IMG/VR virus record: IMGVR_UViG_3300006749_000011 | Span: 21,818-85,817 of that record | DNA from: a virus | DNA length: 64,000 bases | Direction: 5' to 3' (one strand) | Shown: positions 40,331 through 48,542 of the stretch, piece after piece | Layout: the number at the start of each line of letters is the position of its first letter | Position numbering within the stretch: the first letter of the stretch is position 1 | Translations under genes and position numbers: made by a program | Notes under the pieces: generated by a model | What the model saw: the letters and a program-made list of their open reading frames with translations, nothing else | Database searches by the model: none | Told to the model about the DNA's origin: nothing

Positions 40331-40370
40331 TTGACAAACAGCTAGCTTTATGCTATAATAGAACTATTTA
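40331..40370 (+). promoter_or_regulatory. Sigma70 promoter plus late motif upstream of portal
   Basis: TTGACA-17 nt-TATAAT (with TG extension); CTATTTA at 40364..40370. Confidence 0.8.
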
Positions 40371-40388
40371 CTACGAAAAGGATGAGCT

Positions 40389-42305
40389 ATGCCAAAATAT
40401 AAAAAGTCGCCTTACAATCCACAGTCGGATTTATTCAAGGCTTTAACAAAATTGTTGTCCGGCCCAATAACACAAAGAAGAACACAAACTGGTCGAATGC
40501 TGCGGAGAAGACAGCTAGATAACTATGCAACAAAATTTAAATCAGCATCTGGTGCACAGTTTAAAAAATGGGAATATAATCCCATAAACAACGTTACCCT
40601 TAACATGATATCAAATAGAAACAGAGCTGAGCGTTATGTTGATTTTGATGAAATGGAATACATGCCTGAGATAGCATCATCATTGGATATTTATGCTGAT
40701 GAGATGACAACTCATACTGCGCTTCGCCCAATGCTTAATATTAAATGTGCGAATGAAGAGATTAAACACATCCTCCATAACTTATATCATAATGTTTTGA
40801 ATATTGAACACAATCTTTTTGGTTGGGCAAGAACAATGTGTAAGTACGGTGATTTCTTTCTATATCTTGATATTGATGAAGATTTAGGAATTCGATCCGC
40901 TATTGGTTTACCGACAAGAGAGATTGAGCGTCTTGAGGGAGAGGACCAAAGTAATCCAAATTACGTTCAATACCAATGGAACACAGCAGGACTAACTCTG
41001 GAAAATTGGCAAGTTGCTCATTTCAGAATCCTTGGTAATGACAAACACTCTCCTTATGGAACATCTGTTCTCGAAGCTTGTAGGCGTATCCACCGTCAGC
41101 TTATACTATTAGAAGATGCCATGATGGCTTATCGTATTGTTCGTGCTCCTGAGCGTCGTTTGTTTAAGATTGACGTTGGTGGTATTCCACCGCAAGAAGT
41201 TGAACAGTACATGCAAAAAGTCATGACTCAGTTAAAACGACACTCTGTTGTTGACCCAACCACTGGTCGTGTTGATTTACGCTACAACCCCTTGTCAATC
41301 GAAGAAGACTATTATATACCAATTCGTGGAGGCCAATCAGCTACTGACATCTCAAGTTTACCAGGTGCTTCTTACAATGGTGGTATCGATGATGTTAAAT
41401 ACCTTAGAGATAAGTTGTTTGCTGCTCTCAAAATACCACAGTCTTACTTGACAATGGGTGAGGGCGCATCAGAAGATAAAACTACCCTTGCACAAAAGGA
41501 CATTCGCTTTGCAAGAACAATTCAAAGACTTCAACGTGTAGCAATAGCAGAACTCGAAAAGATTGGAATTATTCACCTTTACACGCTTGGTTATAGAAAC
41601 GATGATCTATTAACTTTCAAGCTACAGCTAAACAATCCGTCCAAAATTGCTGAATTACAAGAGCTCGAGCATTGGGACAAAAAGTTTCAAGTTGCTGCGA
41701 ACGCAACAGAAGGATACTTCTCAAAGCGCTGGATAGCAGAAAACATGTTTGGGCTATCTGAAGATGAATTTCTTAGAAACCAAAGAGAAATGTTTTTTGA
41801 CAAGAAGTACATGGCCAAACTTGAAGCGGCTGCTGCTGGTGGAGAAGGTGGAGAAGAACCTGGAGGAGGCGGTGGGCTTGCTGGTGGGCTTGGAGATCTT
41901 GGCGGAGCAGGTGGAGACTTAGAAGGTGACCTTGGTGGTGACCTTGGCGGTGGAGACACCGGTGGAGGTGATGTCGGCGGCGACGAAGGGGGTGACACTG
42001 ATCTGCTCGCCGAACCCTCTGCAAAACGTGATGAGCCACCACCAATTAGAGGAAACTATAAACGTCACCAGTCTTCTTATGACAAAGGCGGCATGAAAAA
42101 ATCAATGCTCGGAGCAACAGGTATAGAAGCTGCTCATTCAACTGGTCGTAACATATATAAAGGATACGTTGGGAACGAATATTCTCTCTCAAATGTATCC
42201 GGCGGCTATTTAGAAGAAGAACAAAAACTAGAAACAGTATCTCGAGAAGTTGAGATGCTTATCGAATCATTAAACACAAAGGAGAAACAAAATGAAGATA
42301 ACTAA
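40389..42305 (+). CDS. Portal protein (T4 gp20-like)
   Basis: PEIASSLDIYADE, LEDAMMAYRIVRAPERRLFKIDVG, EDYYIP.RGG, DVKYLRDKLFAALKIP; Gly/Asp-rich C-terminal tail. Confidence 0.97.
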   Translation: MPKYKKSPYNPQSDLFKALTKLLSGPITQRRTQTGRMLRRRQLDNYATKFKSASGAQFKKWEYNPINNVTLNMISNRNRAERYVDFDEMEYMPEIASSLDIYADEMTTHTALRPMLNIKCANEEIKHILHNLYHNVLNIEHNLFGWARTMCKYGDFFLYLDIDEDLGIRSAIGLPTREIERLEGEDQSNPNYVQYQWNTAGLTLENWQVAHFRILGNDKHSPYGTSVLEACRRIHRQLILLEDAMMAYRIVRAPERRLFKIDVGGIPPQEVEQYMQKVMTQLKRHSVVDPTTGRVDLRYNPLSIEEDYYIPIRGGQSATDISSLPGASYNGGIDDVKYLRDKLFAALKIPQSYLTMGEGASEDKTTLAQKDIRFARTIQRLQRVAIAELEKIGIIHLYTLGYRNDDLLTFKLQLNNPSKIAELQELEHWDKKFQVAANATEGYFSKRWIAENMFGLSEDEFLRNQREMFFDKKYMAKLEAAAAGGEGGEEPGGGGGLAGGLGDLGGAGGDLEGDLGGDLGGGDTGGGDVGGDEGGDTDLLAEPSAKRDEPPPIRGNYKRHQSSYDKGGMKKSMLGATGIEAAHSTGRNIYKGYVGNEYSLSNVSGGYLEEEQKLETVSREVEMLIESLNTKEKQNEDN

Positions 42306-42612
42306 TAAACAACTAAAACAAATAATCAAGGAAGAACTTGCAGAGGCTATGGGAATGGACTATGCTTCTGATGAGAACATGTCAAGACGAGAAGAATTGG
42401 GACACATTGCCAGTATGCCAACAGAACAACTTATCCAAGCACTAGATGCTATTAAAGCAGATACTCTAGAGATGGGACAAGTTATCGAAATGCTTGATTC
42501 AAATACTGATGGAGAGAAGATAAAAGCAATTGCTATGCATATTTTAAAATTTGATCCTCAAGACAACCAAGCTCAAGGTGTGATGGGCACTCGTGTTCCT
42601 ACCGGATTATAA
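42292..42612 (+). CDS. Small protein with KEEL-type leader
   Basis: MKITNKQLKQIIKEELAE; AAGGAG RBS. Confidence 0.75.
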   Translation: MKITNKQLKQIIKEELAEAMGMDYASDENMSRREELGHIASMPTEQLIQALDAIKADTLEMGQVIEMLDSNTDGEKIKAIAMHILKFDPQDNQAQGVMGTRVPTGL

Positions 42613-42630
42613 TTTAATAAGGAGAAAATT

Positions 42631-43434
42631 ATGAAACATAATAAGAAAAGAAATACCGCTTTTCTTTACGAGTGCTTAATCAAAGAAATGACAAAGGCAG
42701 TTGTAAGAGGAGAGCTTCAAAAGAAACAACAAATCGTTGAGACCCTAAAGGGATACTTCTCAAAAGGAACTCCTCTGTATGATGACCTTCAATTATACAA
42801 ACAATTAATGGAAACCAAGAATTTAAAAGAATCTCTTGGGATTCGTTTTATGGAAGAAGTAAAAAAAGATTGGGAGAATTTAGACAGAAAAGAAATTTTC
42901 AACCAACAAACCCAATTGATAAAAGAATTTAACAACAGCTTACCAGAAGCATTTGGTAATTTTATTCCCAATTATAAATCAATTGCAACAGTTGGCCAGT
43001 ATTTCAATTCTGGAGGCCTTAAAGCAAAGACCCGTCTATTGATAGAGGAAAGACTTAAAACGCTTGTTATTTCGCATTCTGAGGCGGTTAAAGAGCAAAA
43101 ATTAAAAACGGTAGATAGTCTTACTTACAATACATTCGTTAATAAGTTCAACGACACATATAAAGAAAATCTTTTAAAAGAACAAAGAGAATTATTGACA
43201 AACTATATTACATCATTCTCAGATAACGGATTAGGGCTTAAAGTGTTTATGAACGAAGAGCTTGGAAGACTAAAAGAACAATGTGAAAACTTAAACAAAG
43301 ATAAATGGCCTGACAAAATAAGGCTAATTAAACAGAAGCTTGAAGGCTTTAAAAAGAAACCTTTAACAGAAGAAGTTGTCAAAGATGTCTTTCACATCCA
43401 ACAGCTACTATCGGAGATTAAACAAAATGTATAA
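42631..43434 (+). CDS. Hypothetical head-module protein (helical)
   Basis: AAGGAG RBS; 267 aa; lies between portal and protease. Confidence 0.75.
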   Translation: MKHNKKRNTAFLYECLIKEMTKAVVRGELQKKQQIVETLKGYFSKGTPLYDDLQLYKQLMETKNLKESLGIRFMEEVKKDWENLDRKEIFNQQTQLIKEFNNSLPEAFGNFIPNYKSIATVGQYFNSGGLKAKTRLLIEERLKTLVISHSEAVKEQKLKTVDSLTYNTFVNKFNDTYKENLLKEQRELLTNYITSFSDNGLGLKVFMNEELGRLKEQCENLNKDKWPDKIRLIKQKLEGFKKKPLTEEVVKDVFHIQQLLSEIKQNV

Positions 43435-44110
43435 ACCACCACAAGACATTATAACAGAACTATTAAAAGAAGACATTGGAGTTGACATCAATAGACCACC
43501 TATAACAGTTAACTTAAAACAAAGAATGTCAAATAGAAAAATTGGTGTGAATGTTGATGAGCCAACTTCTATCAACTACAAACCACAAATTAGTGTTGAT
43601 GTTGTTAACCCTAATGAAAGAAAGCATGAATTTTCTCTCAATATGAGAGAAGCGCTCAATGGTGATCTGATGTTTATGGATCACAAAGATATAGACATAA
43701 TACTTATGAAAGAAAAAAAGAAAATTGTTGCATTTCCGAAAGATTTGATGTCTGAAATTGTATATGGTGCCGAGTCTAGATTAATGGAGCATTTAAGAAA
43801 AAAAGGTGTTGTCCAGTTTGATTCTATTCAAGGCGGAAACGTCTATGGTTCTCTTGAAGGTAAAATACTTGAATCAAATGAAACAGATGAAATAGCAATA
43901 ACAGTCTTTGAATTAAGTGAATGGATTAAGTCTGAAGTTGGACCTTCTGCTCGTAAAGAAAAATATACACAACAAATCAAAAACAGAGAATTGTACCCCA
44001 ACGAAGAAGAAGCAACAGAACTAGGAGAAGTTCCCCATGCTGAGGAAAAGGGTTCAATAAAGCAACATAATTTATTTGCACCATACTTATACGGCAGATA
44101 TACTTATTAG
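43427..44110 (+). CDS. Hypothetical head-module protein
   Basis: GGAG RBS before ATG at 43427. Confidence 0.7.
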   Translation: MYKPPQDIITELLKEDIGVDINRPPITVNLKQRMSNRKIGVNVDEPTSINYKPQISVDVVNPNERKHEFSLNMREALNGDLMFMDHKDIDIILMKEKKKIVAFPKDLMSEIVYGAESRLMEHLRKKGVVQFDSIQGGNVYGSLEGKILESNETDEIAITVFELSEWIKSEVGPSARKEKYTQQIKNRELYPNEEEATELGEVPHAEEKGSIKQHNLFAPYLYGRYTY

Positions 44111-44120
44111 GAGAAATTAG

Positions 44121-45362
44121 ATGAAAATCAGAATAATAAAAAACAAAAAACAACTTAATGAAGAGTTTTATTTTGAACAAGGCTTTGACCAAGAACAGAG
44201 ACCTCCGGCAAACCCCTTATCGTTAAAATTGGTTAAGCTTATTATTAGCAAATTACCAGGTGCAAAAAAATTTAGTATGCGTACTCACAAAATGCGACCA
44301 CTACAAGCATCAGGAGCAGAAGGGGTTGTTGTCGGTATAGATGACAAAAGAGTAATAAAACTTTTTCATGATGTTAGCAACGCTGCAAAAAACCTGCACT
44401 TGGTTTCTCAAGATATTCCTGAAACCGCTCAAGTTTACTCTATGGGAAAAATTATTCTTAATGATCCTGTGGTTTATTATAAATTTGGGTCTTCTCATAA
44501 TGCGAGAACTCTCGCTAATCCAACAAAAGAATTATACTTTATAGTCATGCAGAGAGTTGTTCCGGATAGTTATATATATCGATATGTCGATGAAGTTTGG
44601 AAAAAACTAAATATGGTTTTCCAAACAACCTCAGATGCTTTTGTAAAGATGTTTTCCACAGGTGACCCTTTCATCAAACGAAGAATAAATAAAATTTATG
44701 AAAAAATAATGGCAGACCCAGAATTTTACAATGTTCCAGAGAAATTGCAGAATAATTATAAACAAGGAAAGGTTGACACTTTCGACATTCTTATAAAAAG
44801 TAAGAAAGATCTGGCAAGATTCAACACAGCTCTTGGGGTTTATAAAAAGAAAGAAAGAAAAGCAAGAAAACAAAAAGGTTTAAAAGGAGCAGAAGCTCAA
44901 TTATATTTGTTATATGATGTTAAAGGTTATCCAGTTAGTTTAAAAAATCTTATTCTGAATAAAATAGGAGCTAAAGAAGACATACCTTTTATCGATTCTA
45001 TTTGGTCTACACTCATGCAGTCTCCTGAGATGAAAAAAACAGCAAAGAAACAACACCCTTTAAACAAAAACAAAGGAGCCACTTTAGCAGATGATTTACA
45101 AGAAATTACAAATTTAATAAAGGCTATAAGAGTTGACAAAGGTTTAGCTTGGAACGATATTCACCAAGAACAGTTTGGTAGAAATGAAAGGGGAGACCTA
45201 ATAGGTCTAGACTTGGGAATCAAAGGAACAGCAAAAGAACTAGCAGCCGCTCCGGGTAAATTTGAAGCTGCAAACATTATAAGAGTTGCCACAAACTTTG
45301 ACCAACAAGGTCAACCCACAATGACTTTAGCAGAATCTAAAAAAAAAAGTATAAAACGCTAA
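44121..45362 (+). CDS. Protein-kinase-like fold enzyme
   Basis: Gly loop ASGAEGVV, VIK lysine, hinge FIVMQRV, catalytic loop WNDIHQEQ, DLG in the DFG position; large helical insert. Confidence 0.65.
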   Translation: MKIRIIKNKKQLNEEFYFEQGFDQEQRPPANPLSLKLVKLIISKLPGAKKFSMRTHKMRPLQASGAEGVVVGIDDKRVIKLFHDVSNAAKNLHLVSQDIPETAQVYSMGKIILNDPVVYYKFGSSHNARTLANPTKELYFIVMQRVVPDSYIYRYVDEVWKKLNMVFQTTSDAFVKMFSTGDPFIKRRINKIYEKIMADPEFYNVPEKLQNNYKQGKVDTFDILIKSKKDLARFNTALGVYKKKERKARKQKGLKGAEAQLYLLYDVKGYPVSLKNLILNKIGAKEDIPFIDSIWSTLMQSPEMKKTAKKQHPLNKNKGATLADDLQEITNLIKAIRVDKGLAWNDIHQEQFGRNERGDLIGLDLGIKGTAKELAAAPGKFEAANIIRVATNFDQQGQPTMTLAESKKKSIKR

Positions 45363-45859
45363 ACGTTTTTGATTTTGATAGAACCCTGTTTTGGACCATC
45401 GAGAAAGAAGAGGGATCAAAAAAATGGGAAAATATATATGGAAAACCATACCCTCACAAAGGGTGGTTCGGAAGAGCTGAGAGTCTAGATGTGAAGTTGA
45501 ACATTCCAATCAACAAGACAATGAAAAAAATTTATGATACTTTAAGGTCTGATCCTGATGGGCTTTGTGTTTTAAATTCAAATCGATATATCGGACTTGA
45601 AAAAACAATTAAAAGTTTTTTGACATATCATGGTTTCAAAATGGACGCGGTTTTGTTAAAGACTGGAAAAGACAACAAAGGACACAACTTGCAGGAATTT
45701 TGGAATGATTACCCAGAGGTTACTATTATAAACTGCTTTGATGATAAGGATGCGTCTCTAAATCACTACAAGAAATTAGAAGATAGGTATTCTATTTATA
45801 GAGAAGATTTGACTTTTAATATCTACAAAGTCACAAAAAACGGAATAACAAAAGTTTAA
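45341..45859 (+). CDS. HAD phosphatase (Swiss-Army-Knife RNA-repair HAD-like), in the -1 frame of the kinase ORF
   Basis: -1 frame reads KYKTLNVFDFDRTLF...GWF...LNSNR...K...CFDDK; bounded upstream by TAA at 45338..45340; no ATG/GTG/TTG before the DxD motif. Confidence 0.7.
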   Translation, partial: KKKYKTLNVFDFDRTLFWTIEKEEGSKKWENIYGKPYPHKGWFGRAESLDVKLNIPINKTMKKIYDTLRSDPDGLCVLNSNRYIGLEKTIKSFLTYHGFKMDAVLLKTGKDNKGHNLQEFWNDYPEVTIINCFDDKDASLNHYKKLEDRYSIYREDLTFNIYKVTKNGITKV

Positions 45860-45869
45860 TAGGAGAAAA

Positions 45870-46184
45870 ATGCTTAACTTTATACTTGCCGCTTATGGCT
45901 TAACATTTATCCTTGTATATGGAAAGATATTCGAATCTCTCCGACCAAACAAAGACCCAAACAAAATGTGGACACTTTTGTTCTATTGTCCTTTGTGTAT
46001 GGGGTTTTGGGTTGGAGCATTTTTATTTTGCATTAACAATCAAACAGAACTATTTACATTTGATTATACAATCGCCAATTTCTTTATTTGCGGTTGGATT
46101 TCTGCTGGAACATCTTATCTGATTTCTATGTTGGTTGATGATTTTGGCTTTCGCATTTCAAAAATTGGAGATAAAGATGAATAA
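45870..46184 (+). CDS. Membrane protein with CxxC (DUF1360-like)
   Basis: Three hydrophobic segments; LFYCPLCMGFWVG. Confidence 0.6.
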   Translation: MLNFILAAYGLTFILVYGKIFESLRPNKDPNKMWTLLFYCPLCMGFWVGAFLFCINNQTELFTFDYTIANFFICGWISAGTSYLISMLVDDFGFRISKIGDKDE

Positions 46185-46230
46185 AAAATGGATGTTACAA
46201 CCGGTTCGTCGTTGCTGTTCAGGCAGCTGA
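46177..46230 (+). CDS. 17-aa micro-ORF MNKKWMLQPVRRCCSGS
   Basis: GGAG RBS 6 nt upstream; overlaps the stop of 45870..46184. Confidence 0.4.
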   Translation: MNKKWMLQPVRRCCSGS

Positions 46231-46272
46231 CTCAAGCGGGTTGCGCCCGCATTATTTATTATGGAGAAAAAA

Positions 46273-46773
46273 ATGAAAATTACAAACCAACAATTAAGAA
46301 GAATAATTAAAGAAGAACTTGATACTGTTTTAAGTGAAGGAAAAGTTTCTTATTCCGGAGTTGTTCTTGATCCTCAAAGCGTAGAGGCTTTAAAACAAGC
46401 CGCACAACAAATGGGTGTGCCTGAAGGTTTTGTTCACGAAACAAAAGCTGGTAATCCTTTGCCTCATCACATGACAATTGTACCTTTCTCACCTATTGTT
46501 CATCCAAAAGGTAAACATGACTTTAGTGCTGATTATCCTGTTGGTGAACAAGTTTCACTACAAGTAACTCACATTGGATTTGATGATAAAGCTATGGCTG
46601 CTAAGGTCGAACCACCAGCTCCAATTTCTAAGAAAGTAAAGTTTCCACATATTACAATAGCTATTCCTGAGGGTGGAAAACCTTTTAATTCAAATAAAAT
46701 TCCACAGGAAAACTTTCAACCTTTGCTACAACCACTAACTGTAACAGGTGTGGTAGAAGAGGTAGAATCATGA
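46273..46773 (+). CDS. 2H phosphoesterase (2',3'-cyclic phosphodiesterase-like) with KEEL-type leader
   Basis: Two HxT motifs (HHMTI, PHITIA) and GGKPFNSNKI, as in tRNA-ligase CPDase domains; leader MKITNQQLRRIIKEELDTVLSE. Confidence 0.8.
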   Translation: MKITNQQLRRIIKEELDTVLSEGKVSYSGVVLDPQSVEALKQAAQQMGVPEGFVHETKAGNPLPHHMTIVPFSPIVHPKGKHDFSADYPVGEQVSLQVTHIGFDDKAMAAKVEPPAPISKKVKFPHITIAIPEGGKPFNSNKIPQENFQPLLQPLTVTGVVEEVES

Positions 46774-47489
46774 AAATAACTAATGGACAATTGAGAAAAA
46801 TAATCAAAGAAGAGTTGTCTTATGTTTTAAGAGAAAACATGGGTTTAAAAATGTTTGTCCTTGTCGGTCCACCATCTGTTGGTAAATCAACTTGGATTAA
46901 CAGCACATTTGGTGAAAATAGACCCTATGTTATCAATCGTGATGATATAGTTGAAAATGTAGCTTCTGAGTATGGTTGGACTTATGACGATATGTTTGCA
47001 ACACCACCAGAGGACGCACAAATTGGCAGTGTAGATCAAAAATATGGAGAAGTTCAAGAATCACCAAACTGGATGACTTGGGCAAAATCTGTTTTTTCTA
47101 CTGTAATGGAAGCAAATGGTAAGGTCCACAGCTTATTTGCACAAAGAGTATCAGGTGCTGTGGGTAGTGGTCAAGATATTGTCGTCGATATGACAAATAT
47201 GAATGCAAGAGCAAGATCTGGTGCACTAAAAGCAATTGAAGGTGCTGAAGATCAATATGAAAAAATTGCAGTTGTGTTTGAATCTAAAGGTGCTGAGGAA
47301 TTTATCAAAGCTGTTGCTCAAAAAAGAGCCGAAGCAGCTGCGAGAATGGGTAAATCTAAAACAATTCCTCCCGCTGTATTTGACAGAATGTTTGCATCGT
47401 TTGAAGATGTAAGTATGGATGAAGGGTTTGACAAAATAGTAAGTGTAGACAATAGACAATTACTACAAAAACTAGCTAGTGAGATGTAA
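46770..47489 (+). CDS. P-loop kinase (AAA_33/polynucleotide-kinase-like) with KEEL-type leader
   Basis: VLVGPPSVGKST, INRDD, VVDMTN...R, IPPAVFDRMF...EGF; leader MKITNGQLRKIIKEELSYVLRE. Confidence 0.8.
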   Translation: MKITNGQLRKIIKEELSYVLRENMGLKMFVLVGPPSVGKSTWINSTFGENRPYVINRDDIVENVASEYGWTYDDMFATPPEDAQIGSVDQKYGEVQESPNWMTWAKSVFSTVMEANGKVHSLFAQRVSGAVGSGQDIVVDMTNMNARARSGALKAIEGAEDQYEKIAVVFESKGAEEFIKAVAQKRAEAAARMGKSKTIPPAVFDRMFASFEDVSMDEGFDKIVSVDNRQLLQKLASEM

Positions 47490-47493
47490 AACA

Positions 47494-48123
47494 ATGACCA
47501 AACAACTATTAACAGAATTTTTTGAATTATGTCCTGATGGAACTTGCATTGATCGTTTAAGTGAATCTCAAAAACGTGAAGTAATTAAAGAGGGAGCCGT
47601 TTATCTTGTTGGTCGCATTCAAACTGCTGATAAAAAGAATGGCAATGGGCGCGTTTATCCGATGAAAGTTCTTAAAAAAGAAGTAGACAATTATAAAAAA
47701 ATTGTTGCTGATGGAAGAGCCACAGGTGAATTAGATCATCCTGATGATTCTGTGATTAATTTAAAGAATGTTTCGCACATGATCACAGAATGTTGGTGGG
47801 AAGGTAAAGATGTTATGGGTAAAATCAAAGTTCTTGATACCCCTTCTGGTCGTATTCTTAAAGATCTAATTAATGCAGGTGTTAAACTTGGAATTTCTTC
47901 TCGTGGTCTTGGTTCTGTAAAAGAATCAATGGGCGATACTGTTGTTGAGGAAGACTTTCAATTAATTTGTTTTGATATTGTGGCTGAGCCTTCAACACCA
48001 AATGCTTACGTTTATCCAAAAAATAACCACTCAGGAATAAACAGAGGCGCAATGAAATTTAAAATTGCCGAGGGTAAAGAAAACAATATTGATCAACTAT
48101 TTAATAAGATCTTGAGGGACTAA
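47494..48123 (+). CDS. Prohead core protease (T4 gp21-like)
   Basis: KNGNGRVYP, GELDHP, VSHMIT, LDTPSGRI, GISSRGLGS, DIVAEPSTPNAY. Confidence 0.96.
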   Translation: MTKQLLTEFFELCPDGTCIDRLSESQKREVIKEGAVYLVGRIQTADKKNGNGRVYPMKVLKKEVDNYKKIVADGRATGELDHPDDSVINLKNVSHMITECWWEGKDVMGKIKVLDTPSGRILKDLINAGVKLGISSRGLGSVKESMGDTVVEEDFQLICFDIVAEPSTPNAYVYPKNNHSGINRGAMKFKIAEGKENNIDQLFNKILRD

Positions 48124-48542
48124 TGAATAAACAAGAACTAAAGAAAATTTTGAAACCATTAATAAAAGAGTGCATTAAAGAAGTTATATTCGAAGATGGC
48201 ACTCTTTCATCAATTATAAGCGAAGTTGTTAAAGGTGTTGGAGAACCTATTATTGAAACTAAACAAAGGTTCCCAAAAAAACAACAACCTCAATACGAAA
48301 CAAATGAACAAGCAAAAACAAGATTGAAAAAACAAAGAAATAAAATGATGGAAGCAATCGGTAAAGATGCTTACAACGGTGTTAATCTTTTTGAGGGAAC
48401 AACACCGGCACCCGCTCCGCAAGAAAATGGTCGAGGTGCTTTATCTGATGTTGACCCAAGCGACCCAGGAGTTGACATCTCTTCATTTATGGGCAAGTCT
48501 TCATTAATATGGGAAAAAATGGCAGGTAAAAATGGCAAATAA
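48123..48542 (+). CDS. Hypothetical head-module protein
   Basis: TAATG-coupled to protease; N-terminus MNKQELKKILKPLIKECIKEVIFE resembles the leader family. Confidence 0.7.
   Translation: MNKQELKKILKPLIKECIKEVIFEDGTLSSIISEVVKGVGEPIIETKQRFPKKQQPQYETNEQAKTRLKKQRNKMMEAIGKDAYNGVNLFEGTTPAPAPQENGRGALSDVDPSDPGVDISSFMGKSSLIWEKMAGKNGK

Noticed and set aside
41830-42000. GGT/GGA-rich repeats
   Set aside because: Low-complexity Gly/Asp tail of the portal protein; not a CRISPR or mobile repeat
38743-42305. Introns or inteins in TerL or portal
   Set aside because: Both ORFs are continuous with expected motif spacing; no intein or homing-endonuclease motifs seen
45491-45859. Stand-alone 122-aa ORF starting at GTG 45491
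   Set aside because: It would lack HAD motif I (DFD at about 45371), which lies upstream in the same frame
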